From Octopus vulgaris (lineage: Eukaryota), in NCBI GenBank assembly GCA_951406725.2, contig OX597821.1, positions 94,116,001-94,180,000 on the forward strand: DNA of 64,000 nt, written 5' to 3'. The position numbers were made by a program, and so were the translations under genes. Under the pieces are notes generated by a model that was not told where the DNA came from, searched no databases, and saw only the letters and a program-made list of their open reading frames with translations. Positions 27,513 through 41,452 of the stretch are shown piece after piece (position 1 is the first letter of the stretch; each line of letters opens with the position of its first letter).

Positions 27513-27752
27513 CATCATCATCATCGTTTAGCGTCCGCTTTCCATGCTAGCATGGGTTGGACGGTTCAACTGGGGTCTGGGAATCCAGAAGGCTGCAACA
27601 GGCCCAGTCTGATCTGGCAATGTTTCTATGGCTGGATGCCCTTCCTAACGCCAACCACTCTGTGAGTGTAGTGGGTGCTTTTTACGTGCCAGACGAGGCT
27701 GGCAAACGGCCACGATCGAATGGTGCTTTTTACATGCCACCGGCTCTCAATA

Positions 27753-27788
<36 letters not shown>

Positions 27789-28118
27789 TCTCTGTTATTG
27801 CTATGCAATCTATCAAGCAGTGTTCTTTTTTTTTGTATTTATACCATTACAGTTTGAGGTGTCATTAACTGAACTGTTACTGGCTTCTTCTGTACAACTA
27901 AGATTTATATTTTGATTGCTTGTTTTTTTTTTTAAAGTATTTCTTTTTCATATCTTGTAGCTTAAGTTTACTGTATCTTCTTGCACACAAGTCAAATTTT
28001 TCACATCAAAATTTACATCCAGAAGTGTTAGGTTCACTTGTACACCAAAACACTTTTGGAGGATCAAAAGTTCCCTCTAAGTTGCTGCAGGACTTGCAAA
28101 GACAGTGATGTTGTTTAA

Positions 28119-28338
28119 CCCTTTCGTTACCAACCCGGCTGAAACTGGCTCTGGCTCTGAGTACAAATGTTTTGTTTTCATAAGTTTTGAATTAAAATCT
28201 TCCACCAAACCTTAGTCACAATTTATGTTCCTAACACTAGCTTAATAATAACTAAGTTATTTTACTAAATTCTTTGTTATATTTAAAGTTATTGAAAGAA
28301 ACACAGAGCATCTCAAAATAAATACAGTAACGAAAGGG
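28119..28338. mobile_element. piggyBac-like MITE
   Basis: TTAA on both sides, TIRs CCCTTTCGTTAC/GTAACGAAAGGG. Confidence 0.8.
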
Positions 28339-28478
28339 TTAAACGTTCACACAAAATACTATATCAACATGTTTGCAAGGAAAATACAGTACATAGAATG
28401 TTTAATAACTGTTTAAATTAATGATTAGCACCTTAACAATACCTGTAACTGTTTCGTTATTCTCTGTCTTTTTAACAG

Positions 28479-28591
28479 TGGTTAAAAGAAGTTCAATGTT
28501 TGATAACAAACAAGGGGACATTGAAGAACTGATTTTTATCATCAAGCAAGACATAACAAGTCTAAACAAACAGATAGCTGCACTTCAAGAG
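28479..28591 (+). CDS. STX5: Syntaxin-5, coding exon 4 (LVKRSSMFDNKQGDIEELIFIIKQDITSLNKQIAALQE)
   Basis: ttttaacag acceptor, GTCAGT donor; Habc motif IEELxxIIKQDIxSLNKQIA. Confidence 0.95.
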
Positions 28592-28805
28592 GTCAGTTTT
28601 TAGATTTGGTCAAGGAGTCTTACTTTTTATATTGGTTATCTTTTTATTCTTTTACTTGTTTCAGTCATTTGACTGCGGCCATGCTGGGGCACCGCCTTTA
28701 ATTGAGCAAATCGACCCCAAGACTTATTCTTTTTTTGCCAAACTGCTAAGTTACGAGGATGTAAACACACCAGCATTGGTTGTCAAGTGATGTTGGTGGA
28801 GACAA

Positions 28806-28837
<32 letters not shown>

Positions 28838-28839
28838 GC

Positions 28840-28870
<31 letters not shown>

Positions 28871-29266
28871 GACGGGCTTCTTTCAGTTTCCGTTTACCAA
28901 ATTCACTCACAAGGCTTTGGTTGGCCCGAGGCTATAGTAGAAGACACTTGTCCAAGGAGCCATGCAGTGGGACTGAACCTGGAACGATGTGTTTGGTAAG
29001 CAAGCTACTTATCACACAGCCACTCTTGTGCCTTGATTGAAGGATGTGTGGTTGAGAAATTTGCTTTGTTAACTTGATGGTTACAGGCTCAAGTCCCACT
29101 GCATGACCTCTTGATCAAGTGTCTTCTACTATAATTTCAATCCAACCAAAGCTTTGTGAACAGATTTGGTAGACGGAAACTAAAAGAATGCCGTCGTGTG
29201 TGTGTGTGTGTATCTTTGTATTGATATTGTGACATAATTGTAAATGAGTGTTATTGTCATACAAGC

Positions 29267-29693
29267 TGTCTCTGGAACTAATGAAGAACTAAGAAGAGTC
29301 AATAAATATTACTGTGCAGTAAAACCTTGATGTCTCCAAGAGTCCAGTCCCAAAGGAATCTTTCTAAGGGTTATTATTTGGCCCCAGATTTATAGTGTTG
29401 AATAGATGGAGAACTGTCCTCTCCTCTCAGATAAGATGACAATCTATAAACAATTGTATTATGAGCAGATTTAGCCCCTATTCTTGACATCTATAAAACC
29501 TGTGTTACTTTGTTTAACAAAGAACTAGAAATAGCAGTCAAGTCTTCTTCAAAATCATACCTTGTTGTCTTTAAGCAGAAAGGACACTAGATAATATGGC
29601 CTTAGATATAATATGCTTCAATAAAAGACAAGATGGTTATGACCAGAACACTTTAGCTTTTATGTCTGTTGGATCAAGGTCAACCTCATATGA
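29267..29693 (+). repeat. Local duplication, copy 2
   Basis: Matches 25820-26252 with small indels. Confidence 0.9.
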
Positions 29694-29871
29694 TTTCCAA
29701 AATTCTGTGTTTGCATGTTTTGGCCACAGGGAAATATTACCTTGCTTGGAAACATGAGCGTTGGTGACAGGGAGGGTATCTGGCTGTAGAAAATTTGCCT
29801 CAGTAAAACTCCATCTGACCCATGCATACATGGGAAAGTGGATGTTAAAATGATGATGATGATGATAAGAC

Positions 29872-30280
29872 AGATCTTTTCAGTTTGAACGGCAGTTTTT
29901 TCTAGCAGTGTTAAATGAAATTGTCACCCATAATTATGATCCTAGTATCGATCTATTGCATTTCAATGTGTTAGGGTTAGGGGTGGGGGGAAGGGTATCT
30001 TTTTTCTTCACAAATGTAAATAAACCCAATCTGTTTCTTAAACGAGGGACATATTCATACGGCACAGAATGTTTTTTTACCTCAATAGACATCAGTGATT
30101 GGTTGAAATTGCAGAAATTGAAGAAAAAAATCAACAAATATGTTACAAACTATAGAATTTTCTCAATAAAGCCAAGAGAAAAAAATGTTTTATAAACACA
30201 TTCTACTAGTATATGAAGTTTAAAATTTTTTAGTTACCTAGAAATTATGTTAAAAACTGCCATTCAAACCGAAAAGATCC
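29872..30280. mobile_element. MITE with 8-bp TSD (probably Merlin-like)
   Basis: 27-bp TIRs gatcttttcagtttgaacggcagtttt; TSD GATAAGAC at 29864-29871 and 30281-30288; related termini at 5512 and 55867. Confidence 0.75.
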
Positions 30281-31673
30281 GATAAGACTAGGGATTGTTT
30301 GAAGATTTAGACTGAAGGAGTTCGTCTCTGGAGTTACTTGTGATGAATGTTTGATGAGAAAGTTTCTTGTGGGAGACTGAATGAATTTATTTAAAATAGG
30401 TAGGCACGGGCATGGCTGTGTGGTTAGGGAGCTTGCTTCCTAGCTACATGGTTTCGGGTTCAGTCCCACTGCGTGGCACTTTGGGTAGGTGTCTTCTACT
30501 ATAGCCCCGAGCCAACCGAAGCTTTGTGATTGAATTCGGTTGGTGGAAGTTACTGCCGTGTGTGTATGTGTGCGTATAGCTGCTCAGTGCCTCTCCGAAA
30601 GAGAGAGAGAGATATTTACAAGCATCCCAAGTAGCCTAACCAATACAATATTGTGATGTCATTTGCATCTAGTCACTCATATGTCACTGCACTGTGTCCA
30701 TCCTGCAAACTATCCAGAAATGAGTAGGTATTCAGAACTTGCAGATAACTCACTGCTGTAAGCGGGAGTAGCATTGTAAAATTGATGAGTGTTTCACTAT
30801 GTCACACTTGACCTGTGACAACACAACTCTAGCTTCAGTTCCATCATTTTCCTGCCAGGGTGGACTCAGCTGATGCTGGTGTTAATATGGCTTGTGGTAG
30901 CTGGTTGCTGGAGTTGCTTGTGTTGGCACAGCTTTTGATTGTCAGTAGTTGAAAGTTGCTTGTACCAACATGGTTTGTAGAAACTCATTGCTGAAGTTGC
31001 TTGTACTGACATGGCTTGTAGTAGTTGTTTGCTGAAGTTGCTTGTGTTGATATGGCTTGTGAGAGCTAGTTACTAAAGTTCATCATCATCATCGTTTAAC
31101 GTCTGTTTTCCATGCTAGCCTGGGTTGGACGGTTCAACTGGGGTCCAGGAAGCCAGAAGGCTGCACCAGACTCCAGTCAGATCTGGCAGTGTTTCTACAG
31201 CTGGATGCCCTTCCTAACGCCAACCACTCCATGAGTGTAGTGGGTGCTTTTTATGTGCCACCGACACAGGTGCCAGACAAGGCTGGCAAACGGCCATGCT
31301 CGGATGGTGCTTTTTACGTGCCACTGGCATGGAGGCCAGACGAGGCTGGCAACGGCCATGATCGTATCGTGTTTGTTACGTGCCACCAGCACGGAGGCCA
31401 GACAAGGCTGGCAATGGCCATGATCGGATGGTGTTTGTTACATGCCACCAGCACAGAGGCCAGATGAGGCTGGCAATGGCCACGATCGGATGGTGTTTGT
31501 TACGTGCCACCAGCACGGAGGCCAGTCGATGCGGTGCTGGCTACTGCTTATATCATTTATATTTGATGGCAATAATTTGGTTTTTGAGAATATAAGTTGT
31601 AAGAAGTTGGTGTTAGAGAATATATAATTTGTAGAACTTGGTCACAAACTAAAATGATACGATTTGTTTCCAG

Positions 31674-31751
31674 GTTTCCAAGATGCCACATACCCATCTC
31701 GGGAAACCACAACGCAGGAGTCATTCCAATTCAGTAGTTGTTGCACTTCAG
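31674..31751 (+). CDS. STX5: Syntaxin-5, coding exon 5 (VSKMPHTHLGKPQRRSHSNSVVVALQ)
   Basis: tttccag acceptor, GTGAGT donor; HSNxxVVxLQ motif. Confidence 0.93.
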
Positions 31752-32517
31752 GTGAGTACAGCTCTCTTACATTACTACCATCTTTCATACACTGCTACCA
31801 TCTCCATCTTTACAATCAGTACCCTCATCTTTACCATCATTACTGCATCACCACCATCATTGTCATCACTACCATCATATTTAATATAGTCATCTTCATT
31901 GTTTCTGCCACCACCACTTTCACTGTCCCTGAACCGGCAAAGAGGCATTTATACAGTTGATTGATTTCCTAGAAATAGCAGCTTAAATCTTCCTCTCACT
32001 CTACCATCTTAAGTTAAATTTAGAAGGATGGGCAAGGCGTTAGGAAGGGCATCCTGCCGTAGAAACATTGCCAGATCAGACTGGGCCTGGCGCAGCCTTC
32101 TGGCTTCCCAGACCCCAGTTGAACCGTCCAACCCATGCTAGCATGGAAAGCAGACGCTAAATGATGATGATGATGTAGAAGCTACATTGAATAATGTAGT
32201 CCCTGATATACAAAAACATGGGATGGTCAAGTTTCAAATGCCATTGCTCAAATCTTTGCTCTTTTATGGCTGAACTGAGACTAAACAACACAGCCACCAC
32301 CACCATCATACCATCACTATCATTATCGTCATCACCACCACCACCTTCTTTATACTCATCTTTAGAAGACCATCACTACCCTATAAACTTGCTGATATTG
32401 ATCATTCAGTTTCAGTTCTTGTAGATGAGTTATTGAAGTGGTGTGTAATAGAAAGGTGTTTAGCAACATTGCATTAGCATTCCAATTGCAATCTATTTTA
32501 GCAAGTCTACATTGTTA

Positions 32518-32885
32518 CTTAGTTACCTCCGCCTTAGCCAAGGTGGAGGTATTGTTTTCAGTTGTGTTTGTTTGTCCGTAGACAAGATATCTCAAGAACC
32601 GCTGGATGGATTCGGATGAAACTTTCAGGGATGTTTGGCCTCGTGATTGGCACGAACTGATTAGATTTTGGAATCGATCCAGTACGAGACAAGGATTCTG
32701 GATTATTTTTCCAATTTTTTTACTTAATTTTTGAGAGCGGTCAGGTTCATTTTCAGTATCCCCATTTGTGAGAGCAGTCGAATTTATTTCAGATATTCTC
32801 ATTTTAAAAATCATCTCTGGCTAATCCTTGAGAGGATGTTGGTGTTGTCTTAGCAGAGGTTTGTGCTCTCTGAGTACTCTTGTTT
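32518..32885 (+). mobile_element. Non-autonomous Helentron/HINE-like repeat
   Basis: Starts ttacctccgcc..ggtggaggt hairpin followed by gtttgtttgtcc; ends gaggtttgtgctctctgagtactcttgtt. Confidence 0.5.
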
Positions 32886-33394
32886 ATGTTTACTATGTCC
32901 CAGAAACTACCAAACCATTTTCTGTACAGCTGATGCTTTGTTTGAAATCATGCACATCTATTCTAGTAATATTCCTTTCTACTATAGGCACAAGGTCTGA
33001 AATTTTAGGGGAGCGAGTAAAACAATTACATTGAACCCAGTGCTCAACTGATACTTATTTTATCAACCCCAAAAGGATGAAAGGCAAAGCCTACCTCAGT
33101 GGAATTCAATTATGAATGAAATGTTGCTAACAATTATGCTAACTCACCCCCTTACTCTATGCTAGTAATATTACACTTGTATTGTTAATTAGCTACTACT
33201 TAGTGCTTTTTGAGTTGTAGGTCTGGCTAGATTTTCTACTGAATCTATCTCACTGCAATGTTAGCAACTATGCATAATTTCTTTGGTTTCTGTCCCTGCA
33301 GTAATATAGTCTCAGTCAGCAGTTTTGCATATTTTCCATGACTATAAACCATGTTAGCAACTTTATGTTGTCTTTGTAGCTGTAAACCAAGTTA

Positions 33395-33784
33395 AGTGGA
33401 GGCGCAATGGCCCAGTGGTTAGGGCAGCGGACTCGCGGTCATAGGATCGCGGTTTCGATTCCCAGACCGGGCATTGTGATTGTTTATTGAGCGAAAACAA
33501 TTAAAAGCTCCACGAGGCTCCGGCAGGGGATGGTGGTGATCCCTGCTGTACTCTTTCACCACAACTTTCTCTCACTCTTACTTCCTGTTTCTGTTGTACC
33601 TGTATTTCAAGGGGCCGGCCTTGTCACTCTCTGTGTCACGCTGAATATCCCCGAGAACTACGTTAAGGGTGCATGTGTCTGTGGAGTGCTCAGCCACTTA
33701 CACGTTAATTTCACGAGCAGGCTGTTCCGTTGATTCGGATCAACCGGAACCCTCATCGTCATAACCGACGAAGTGCTTTCATCC
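33395..33784 (+). mobile_element. SINE family B copy, 11-bp TSD
   Basis: TSD AAACCAAGTTA at 33384-33394 and 33785-33795. Confidence 0.9.
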
Positions 33785-33927
33785 AAACCAAGTTAGCAAA
33801 CTTACATTGGCCATGAACCAAATTAGCACTGTTACAATCTTTTAATGCAATGTTAGTTAGCAGCAAAATTTTGCGTGGTTCAGTATTTTATGCAATCAGT
33901 TATGTATTTTTCTCTTTCTAATTGCAG

Positions 33928-33984
33928 TCAAGATTAGCAACAATGTCTAACACGTTCAAGGAGGTTTTGGAAGACCACACAAGT
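33928..33984 (+). CDS. STX5: Syntaxin-5, coding exon 6 (SRLATMSNTFKEVLEDHTS)
   Basis: ttgcag acceptor, GTAAGT donor; matches SKLASMSNDFKSVLE. Confidence 0.93.
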
Positions 33985-35950
33985 GTAAGTTGATGTTTGT
34001 TAAATATTTTTGTTCAGTTTTGTATATGTATGAACACCATGGTTATTCATTTATTCCCTCTTCCTACACACATAAATTCATGTCTCCTGGTTTGCAGACT
34101 TAATGAAGAAATTGTTTATTGGAGCTGAGCAAACTGTGCTATAGCTTAGTAGGTAATATACCTGTGTCTTCATGTCTGCATTGTGAGTTCACATCCTACT
34201 ACAGATAGCACAACTTACTCTACTAACCTGATTTCTTATTCATGTACAAATTACATTTATGTCAATTATCATCATCATCATCATCATCCATATCCGTTTT
34301 CCTTGCTGGAATGGGTTGAACAGTTTGACCAGAGCCGGCAAGCAGGAGAGCTGCACCAGGTTCCAGTTTGATTTGGCTTGGATTCTATGGCTCAATGCCC
34401 TTCCTATTGCCAACCACTTTTCAGAGTGTGCTGGACAGAGTGCTTTTTACATGACACCAGCACAGCTGCTTTTATGTGGCACTGGCATGGGAGTTTTTTA
34501 CGTGGCACCAGCATGGGTGCTTTTACATGGAACCAGCACAGGGCTCTTGTATACCAATGCTTCAGGGAGAATTGCAGGGATTACTGTATTGAGGAAAACT
34601 CACTGGCTTTGCTGCTTTGATTTCAACTCTTCTCAGAGTTGGATCTTCATTTCTGTGGTTGATAAAATAAAGCAAGATTCTACAACATATACTAGGTTGA
34701 TTAATAATTTTTTTTTCTACCATAGTCACAAGCCCTGAAATTTTGGAAGAGGGGCACTTGTTCTATTACATTAACACCAGTACCCAACTGGTACTTATTC
34801 TATCAATGAAATGCAAAGTCAACCTTGGCAGAATTTGAATTAGGAACATTAAGCTAGAAGAAATGCTTCTAAGTATTTTGTCTGTTAGCCATCTTCAGTT
34901 GATTAATTAAATAATTAGCAATGATTTCAAATATTGGTGTAAGATCATATATATATTAGGGTGGCGAGCTGGTAGAATCTTTAGCACGCTGGGCGAAATA
35001 CTTGGTGGTATTTCGTCTGCCGCTACGTTCTGAGTTCAAATTCCGCTGAGGTCGACTTTGCCTTTCATCCTTTCGGGGTCGATTAAATAAGTACCAGTTA
35101 CGCACTGGGGTCGATGTAACCGACTTAATCCCTTTGTTTGTCCCCTCTATGTTTAGCCCCCTGTGGGCAATAAAGAAATATATATGAAGGGCTGAGATGT
35201 TTCTTTGGATTAATTGTTGCTGACACAGACTCCTGCTAACCTTGGATTTCAAATTTTACCTTAAAAGGAATTTAGTTTCATGACCTACTATTTCAGCCTC
35301 TCCATCACATAATGATAATTTTTATTTCTAACATAGCACAAGACCACAAATTTTGCAGGAGGGCACAGTTTACATTATAGCAATCCCAGTTCTTTACTAG
35401 GGTCAATTAAACCAATTGTGGAGGTGGTGGTAGTGGCGGCGGTGGCGGTGGCGGCAGCGGCGGTTATTATCATGATGATGATGATGATGATGATAATAAT
35501 AATAATCCTTTCTATTATAGGCACAAGGGCTGAAGTTTAGGGGGAAGGGACTAGTTAATTACATCACTACCTTAAAAATAATAATGATACTCAGATTGGA
35601 ACTTGGGTGTTAAGTATCTTGGAAAGAAACCCTGTGAGACTTTGACAATAGGTTGCTCTCCACTTTTACAGAATTAACCAGAGAAAGTAAAACAGAATTC
35701 TGAGAAGTGAAGTGGGAATAGTAATAGTAATTCTTTTTAATTTTTGACACAAAGCTAGAAATTTTGAAGAGATGGGACGACTCAGTTACATCAACCCCCA
35801 TGCTTGGCTAGTACTTTATGATGATTTCTTTGTAATAAAATTGATTGTTGATGTTTAATCCTAATCTTTTCTTTGTTATTTGAGTTTTTATTATATTAAT
35901 TTTATTGTTTTAAAAAAATTGATTAATGCTGTGTTTATTTTTGCTTCAAG

Positions 35951-36008
35951 AAATTACAACAGGAAAAATCACACACTGAATCAATGGCAACGCCAACGAG
36001 GACCAACA
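35951..36008 (+). CDS. STX5: Syntaxin-5, coding exon 7 (KLQQEKSHTESMATPTRTN)
   Basis: ttgcttcaag acceptor, GTAAGT donor; phases fit both neighbours; weak similarity to NLKQQRSRREQF. Confidence 0.78.
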
Positions 36009-37506
36009 GTAAGTCACTTTGTTGTTTGTAGAACATTAGATAGAGTTATGCAGTTAAGGTAGATATGGACATGTGATTGCTGGTAGTGATAGCCATATGT
36101 TTTAAGGTAGATATGATTATGTATTTGATATAACTATGTGATTGAGGTAGCTATGGTTATGTGTCACTTAAATTAGCCAGGTGTCTGACTTAAATATGAC
36201 CATGTGTTTTAAATTAGATATGGCTGTGTTTAAGTTGGTTATTGCCATATGTTTAAGTAAGATATGGCCATGTTTCACTGAGATTAGCCATGTGTTTCAG
36301 TTACATTTGGTTATGGGTTTCAAATCTTACCATAGGTATTTCTTGATGAGAGAAGGAGTGTGGCAGGTTGACTTTCCATTGATATATTACTATAATGACA
36401 ACTGTGGTGCTCCTAGGACCAATGCATTATGGCTCTCACTTAACATACAATACACATACATGAGTACTCTTCTGTTGACTTGCATTGTGCATCATCACAA
36501 TTATTAACCATTTAGCATTCAGGTAACTCTGTCAAATATAATGCTTATTTGATACCTGGTGTTTTGCTGTACTCAAGAAGACTTGTCCTTCACAGCAGAA
36601 ATGTTAAGGCTACTTCCCATTGATGAAGAGGATTGGCATGCAAGAATTGTGTACTGGTGCCATGTCAAAAGCACTCATGCAGGTGCCGCTTAAAAGTGCT
36701 AGTGTAGTGCCAAGTTAAAAGCACCCAGCACATGCTGCAAAGTGGTTGGCATTAAGAAGGGCATCTAACTGTAGAACCAAGCCGAATCAGACTGGAGCCT
36801 GGTGCAGCTCTCCAGCTTGCCATCTCTGATCAAACCATCTATTCATGCCAGAATGGAAAAGGGATGTTAAAGGATGATGATGGTGACGTTGTAGAGTAGG
36901 AGTGAGAGGCCAGGTCTTGATGGCTTAAATGTAAAACAGGCAGAATATTTTGGCCAGATATGACCAGTTGAAATGCTAAAGGGTTAGGTAATGATTTGTA
37001 AGTGGCTAGCTGACAGAACTGTTAGTGTGTTGGACAAGATAATTAGTGGCATTTCTTCTGGCTCTTTACAATCTGAGTTCAAATACTGCTAAGGTCAGCT
37101 GTGCTTTTCATTTTTCTGGGGGTTGATAAAATAAAGTACAGTTGAGTATCACAATAAGAAAGAATTATAGGATTTGTTTGATATTGTACTATTGGTGTTT
37201 CAAAGCTAATAATAGCTTGGCTCAGTCATCCTCACAGGAGTACTGTAGCTGTTTAGGGTTTACATCATCGTTAGATGCCCTTAAAGCACAAGTAGCACTA
37301 AGAAGATTTGTTGTGGATTCTCAGCCATATTCTAATTACTCAAAAAATCCCAGAAGACTCCAGTGTTAGCTGATTAAATCACCCCCAGTATTTGACTAGT
37401 GTTATATCTTATCAACACTGAAAGGATGAAAGCAAAACTAAACCTCAGTGAGATTTGAATTCAGAATCTTCAAGGCCAGAAATAATTACTCTTAGACATT
37501 ATGTCT

Positions 37507-37894
37507 GGATGGAAGCACTCCGTTGGTTGCGACGATGAGGGTTCCGGTTGATCCGAATCAACGGAACAGCCTGCTCGTGAAATTAACGTGTAAGTGGCTG
37601 AGCACTCCACAGACACGTGCACCCTTAACGTAGTTCTAGGGGATATTCAGCATGACACAGAAAGTGACAAGGCCGGCACCTTGAAATACAGGTACAACAG
37701 AAACAGGAAGTAAGAGTGAGAGAAAGTTGTGGTGAAAGAGTACAGCAGGGATCACCACCATCCCTGCTGGAGCCTTGTGGAGCTTTTAGGTGTTTTCGCT
37801 CAATAAACACTCACAACGCCCGGTCTGGGAATCGAAACCGTGATCCTATGACCGCGAGTCCGCTGCCCTAACCACTGGGCCATTGCGCCTCCAC
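37507..37894 (-). mobile_element. SINE family B copy, antisense
   Basis: TSD ACATTATGTCT on both sides. Confidence 0.9.
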
Positions 37895-38026
37895 ACATTA
37901 TGTCTAACACCGTTACGATTCCGATATTCCAGTCATGTTTATACGTTAATACACACATATACAAACATTAAGCAAATTCTTGTTCGTTTATATTAAAATT
38001 TCATCCACCTTTGATATTTTGTACAG

Positions 38027-38127
38027 ATTCCTTAATGATGGAAGAACAACAAGGTGATCTAGTAATTAACATGGACTCTAATGATGGTCAGAGGAGGCAG
38101 GACCAAACCCATTTAGTTGAACAACGT
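38027..38127 (+). CDS. STX5: Syntaxin-5, coding exon 8 (NSLMMEEQQGDLVINMDSNDGQRRQDQTHLVEQR)
   Basis: gtacag acceptor, GTAAGT donor; keeps the IxM (VINM) Sec24-binding motif equivalent to human VAIDM. Confidence 0.87.
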
Positions 38128-39119
38128 GTAAGTACATTCTTCTTCAACCTGTGATCTTATCTTTGTTGTTTAACATCAAGTAACATACTGAGATCACACT
38201 GGTTCTATTTTTTATGTGAAGCTCAAATAGTTGTATCAATTTAGACATTAACAGCTCAACTGTTTGTTGCTGTTTTTGTTTAATCTCAGATCAACCCCGA
38301 TTCAGCAGACCTGCCATCAAATGCATTCCAACAACTACCATCACTTCTCCTTTCTATGCATGGTATGTCTACCATTGCTTGATTCCCTTGCTTGTAGAAC
38401 AGGCAACAGTTTAGGAATCCTTTAATAATATTTTGAGATCACATTGAAGTAGATTTAATCTGATGTGGTTGCACTAATGAAAATTTTATTAAATACCAAT
38501 TGCATTTATTATGAAGACGTGTGTCTTTTTTCTTTTACTTGCTTCCATCATTGGACTGTGGCCATGTTGGAGCATTGCCATGAAGAATTTTTAGCTGAAT
38601 GAATTGATCCCAGTACTTATCTTTTTTTATGCCTGATACTCATTCTATCGATTACTTTTGCTGAACTGCTAAGTTATGGGGATGCAAACATATCAACACC
38701 TGTTGTCAGTCGGTGATGGAGGACAAACACGCACACACACACACATATATATATACGACAGGCTTCTTTCAGTTTCCGTCTACCAAATCCACTCACAAGG
38801 CTTTGCTTGACCTGAGGTTATAGTAGAAGACACTTTCTCGAGATACTACATGGTGGAACTGAATTCAGTATCATGTGATTGGAAAGCAAGGTTCATACAA
38901 TACACCTATGCCTGCACCTATAAATATTACAGTAAAATATATAATGAAAACTGACATTTTTTGGCTTTACTATATATTTTTGAAAGAATAAATATAATAC
39001 AATGCAATGAACAAAAATGCAATTTTTAATGCAAAATTTAGACTTATCTTTCAGAAGATTTCAAGTGCTGCACTCTTGATCAACATTCTTGGATTTTTCT
39101 TTGTTTAATCCTTGTTTAG

Positions 39120-39241
39120 GATGCATTTCTGGAGGAACGAGAGCAGTCCATGCAGAACATCAATACCACAATTGTTGAACTGGGTTCAGTTTTCCAACGC
39201 CTTGCCACAATGGTCAAAGAGCAAGAAGAACTGGTACACAG
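39120..39241 (+). CDS. STX5: Syntaxin-5, coding exon 9, SNARE domain (DAFLEEREQSMQNINTTIVELGSVFQRLATMVKEQEELVH-R)
   Basis: ttgtttag acceptor, GTTGGT donor; Qa-SNARE with zero-layer Q in VKEQEE. Confidence 0.96.
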
Positions 39242-39409
39242 GTTGGTATTTACTGAGACACAATTACAAGTCTTCATTTGAACTTCCTTTGGGAGGAAAA
39301 TATATATTTCTTAATGGGAGACATAAAGACTGTGAGGTTAAAATGCTGGTCTTCTAAGCACATGGTCATACATTGAGACCATACTACTACCTACGTGAAA
39401 TGGATTTGG

Positions 39410-39448
<39 letters not shown>

Positions 39449-39899
39449 TCACCACCATCATCATTTAGTGTCTGTTTTCCATGCTGGCATGGGTTAGATG
39501 GTTTGACTGGAACTGGTAAGCTGGAGAGCTGTACCAGACTCCAGCCTGTTTTGGCTTGGTTTCTATGGTTGGATGCCCTTCCTAATGCCAACCACTCCAT
39601 AAAGTGTACTGGGTTTTTATGTCTCACCAGCACAGGTGCTTTTTACATGTCATTGGCATATATATATATATATATCTTTAATTCTTTTATATATATATGT
39701 ATATATATATTCTTTAATTCTTTTACTTGTTTCAGTCATTTGGCTGTGGCCATGCTGAAGTACTGCCTTTTGTCGAGCAAATCGACCCCAGGACTTAATC
39801 TTTGTAAGCCTAGTACTAATTCCATTGGTCTCATTTGCCAAACCACTAAGTTACGGGAACATAAACACTCCAGCATCGGTTGTCAAGTGATGTTGTGGA

Positions 39900-39949
<50 letters not shown>

Positions 39950-41452
39950 TGTGAACACACATGTTCATGTACATGCCTCTGTTTGCTTGACTATCAACAG
40001 GTTCTACATTTGTTTTCTGTTTCAAGTTTGAATTATTTGTAGTAGGAAGGGTAAGAAAAGTAAGTCACTATCTGAAGAATTTTGAATGAATTCAGATTAT
40101 AAAGGGACATAGCTAAAATCACTTTGTTAGTCACTCTCCTAATGTTTTTATTTACAGCCATGCCATTATAATAATAACAATAATTTTTAACATAGGAAGC
40201 AAAATATAGTCAATTATATTGACCTATAGTGCTTGATGGGTCCTTATTTTACTGGTGATGAGAAAATATGAAAGGTAAAGTTGGCTTCATTTGAGTTTAA
40301 AACTCAGAACATAAAAAGACATAACCATAAACCACAAGGTATTGTCTTCATCCATCTACAGTTTCTGCTAACCACTTATCCTTATCAACATCATCATTAT
40401 CATTTAATGTCCATGTTCTGTGCTAGTATGGTGCAGTGGGTCCAAGGACTGTATCATTCTCTAATATCTGCTCTGGTGTCTGTGGTCGGATGCCCTTCCT
40501 AATACCAATCATTTCAGTCTCGGGGATTAATTGATGTAATCAACCCAAGTGTTTCACTGATACTTAATTTATTATCCCTGAAAGGATGAAAGGCAAAGTT
40601 GACCATGGCAGAATAATAATAATAATAATAAATGCCCCAATGCAGTAGCAGGCAGTGGCTCTCGTGGCTTCTGATCATAACTGATTGGAAGTGTTATCAT
40701 GTACGTTGGTTTGTCTTGGTATAAAAGATGGGTTACAGCAAATATTCTGCTCAATACCACAAATTTGTTTGTCAGTTGTTTGACCATAACCAGTTGAGCA
40801 TGTCCCTTAGTGGCTGATGATATGTGCATCTCTGATCACGAGCAGAAGTAGTGAGGGATTCTTTGGGGTTTGAATAATTCACCTCTGAAACATGGGTGTT
40901 TCATTCAACATCCTTAAACAACCCTTATTCAGGGGACCTTTTGAGCGTGATGGGTTACTCGACCAGAGGAAAATTCTAACTGGGCCCCACCTGCAAGGTC
41001 ATGTGCTGCTTATCTTGATATGAGATTACCATGTTGCACGCACATGGTTGTGATGCATGTGCCTAGTGTACCCTTATCAGACGGGCAGTCATGATGGGCA
41101 TATTGGGCTTTGTATATTTTACCTCAGTGTCACTTTGATGGCATGCACTGCTCTCTCACTCAATAATAATAATAATGATGATGATAATTTGTTAGTTAAG
41201 CACAAGGTCTCGAATTAAGGGGAAGTGGACAGTTGATTGAACTGAGTACTTGACTGGTACTTTATTTTATTGACCTGGGAAGGAAAACAGGCAAAATTGA
41301 TCTCCAGGGGATTTGATCTCAGAACGTAAAGTGCTGAAACAAATGCTGAATGGCAATTTATCCGACTCTAATGATTTGGCCAAGCAACAATAATTATAAT
41401 AATACTCATTGTCTCTTTCTTTTCTTCTTTCTCTCTCTCCTTCTTTAACCAG

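Noticed and set aside
29970-29985. Telomeric TTAGGG repeat
   Set aside because: Only two units, inside a MITE.
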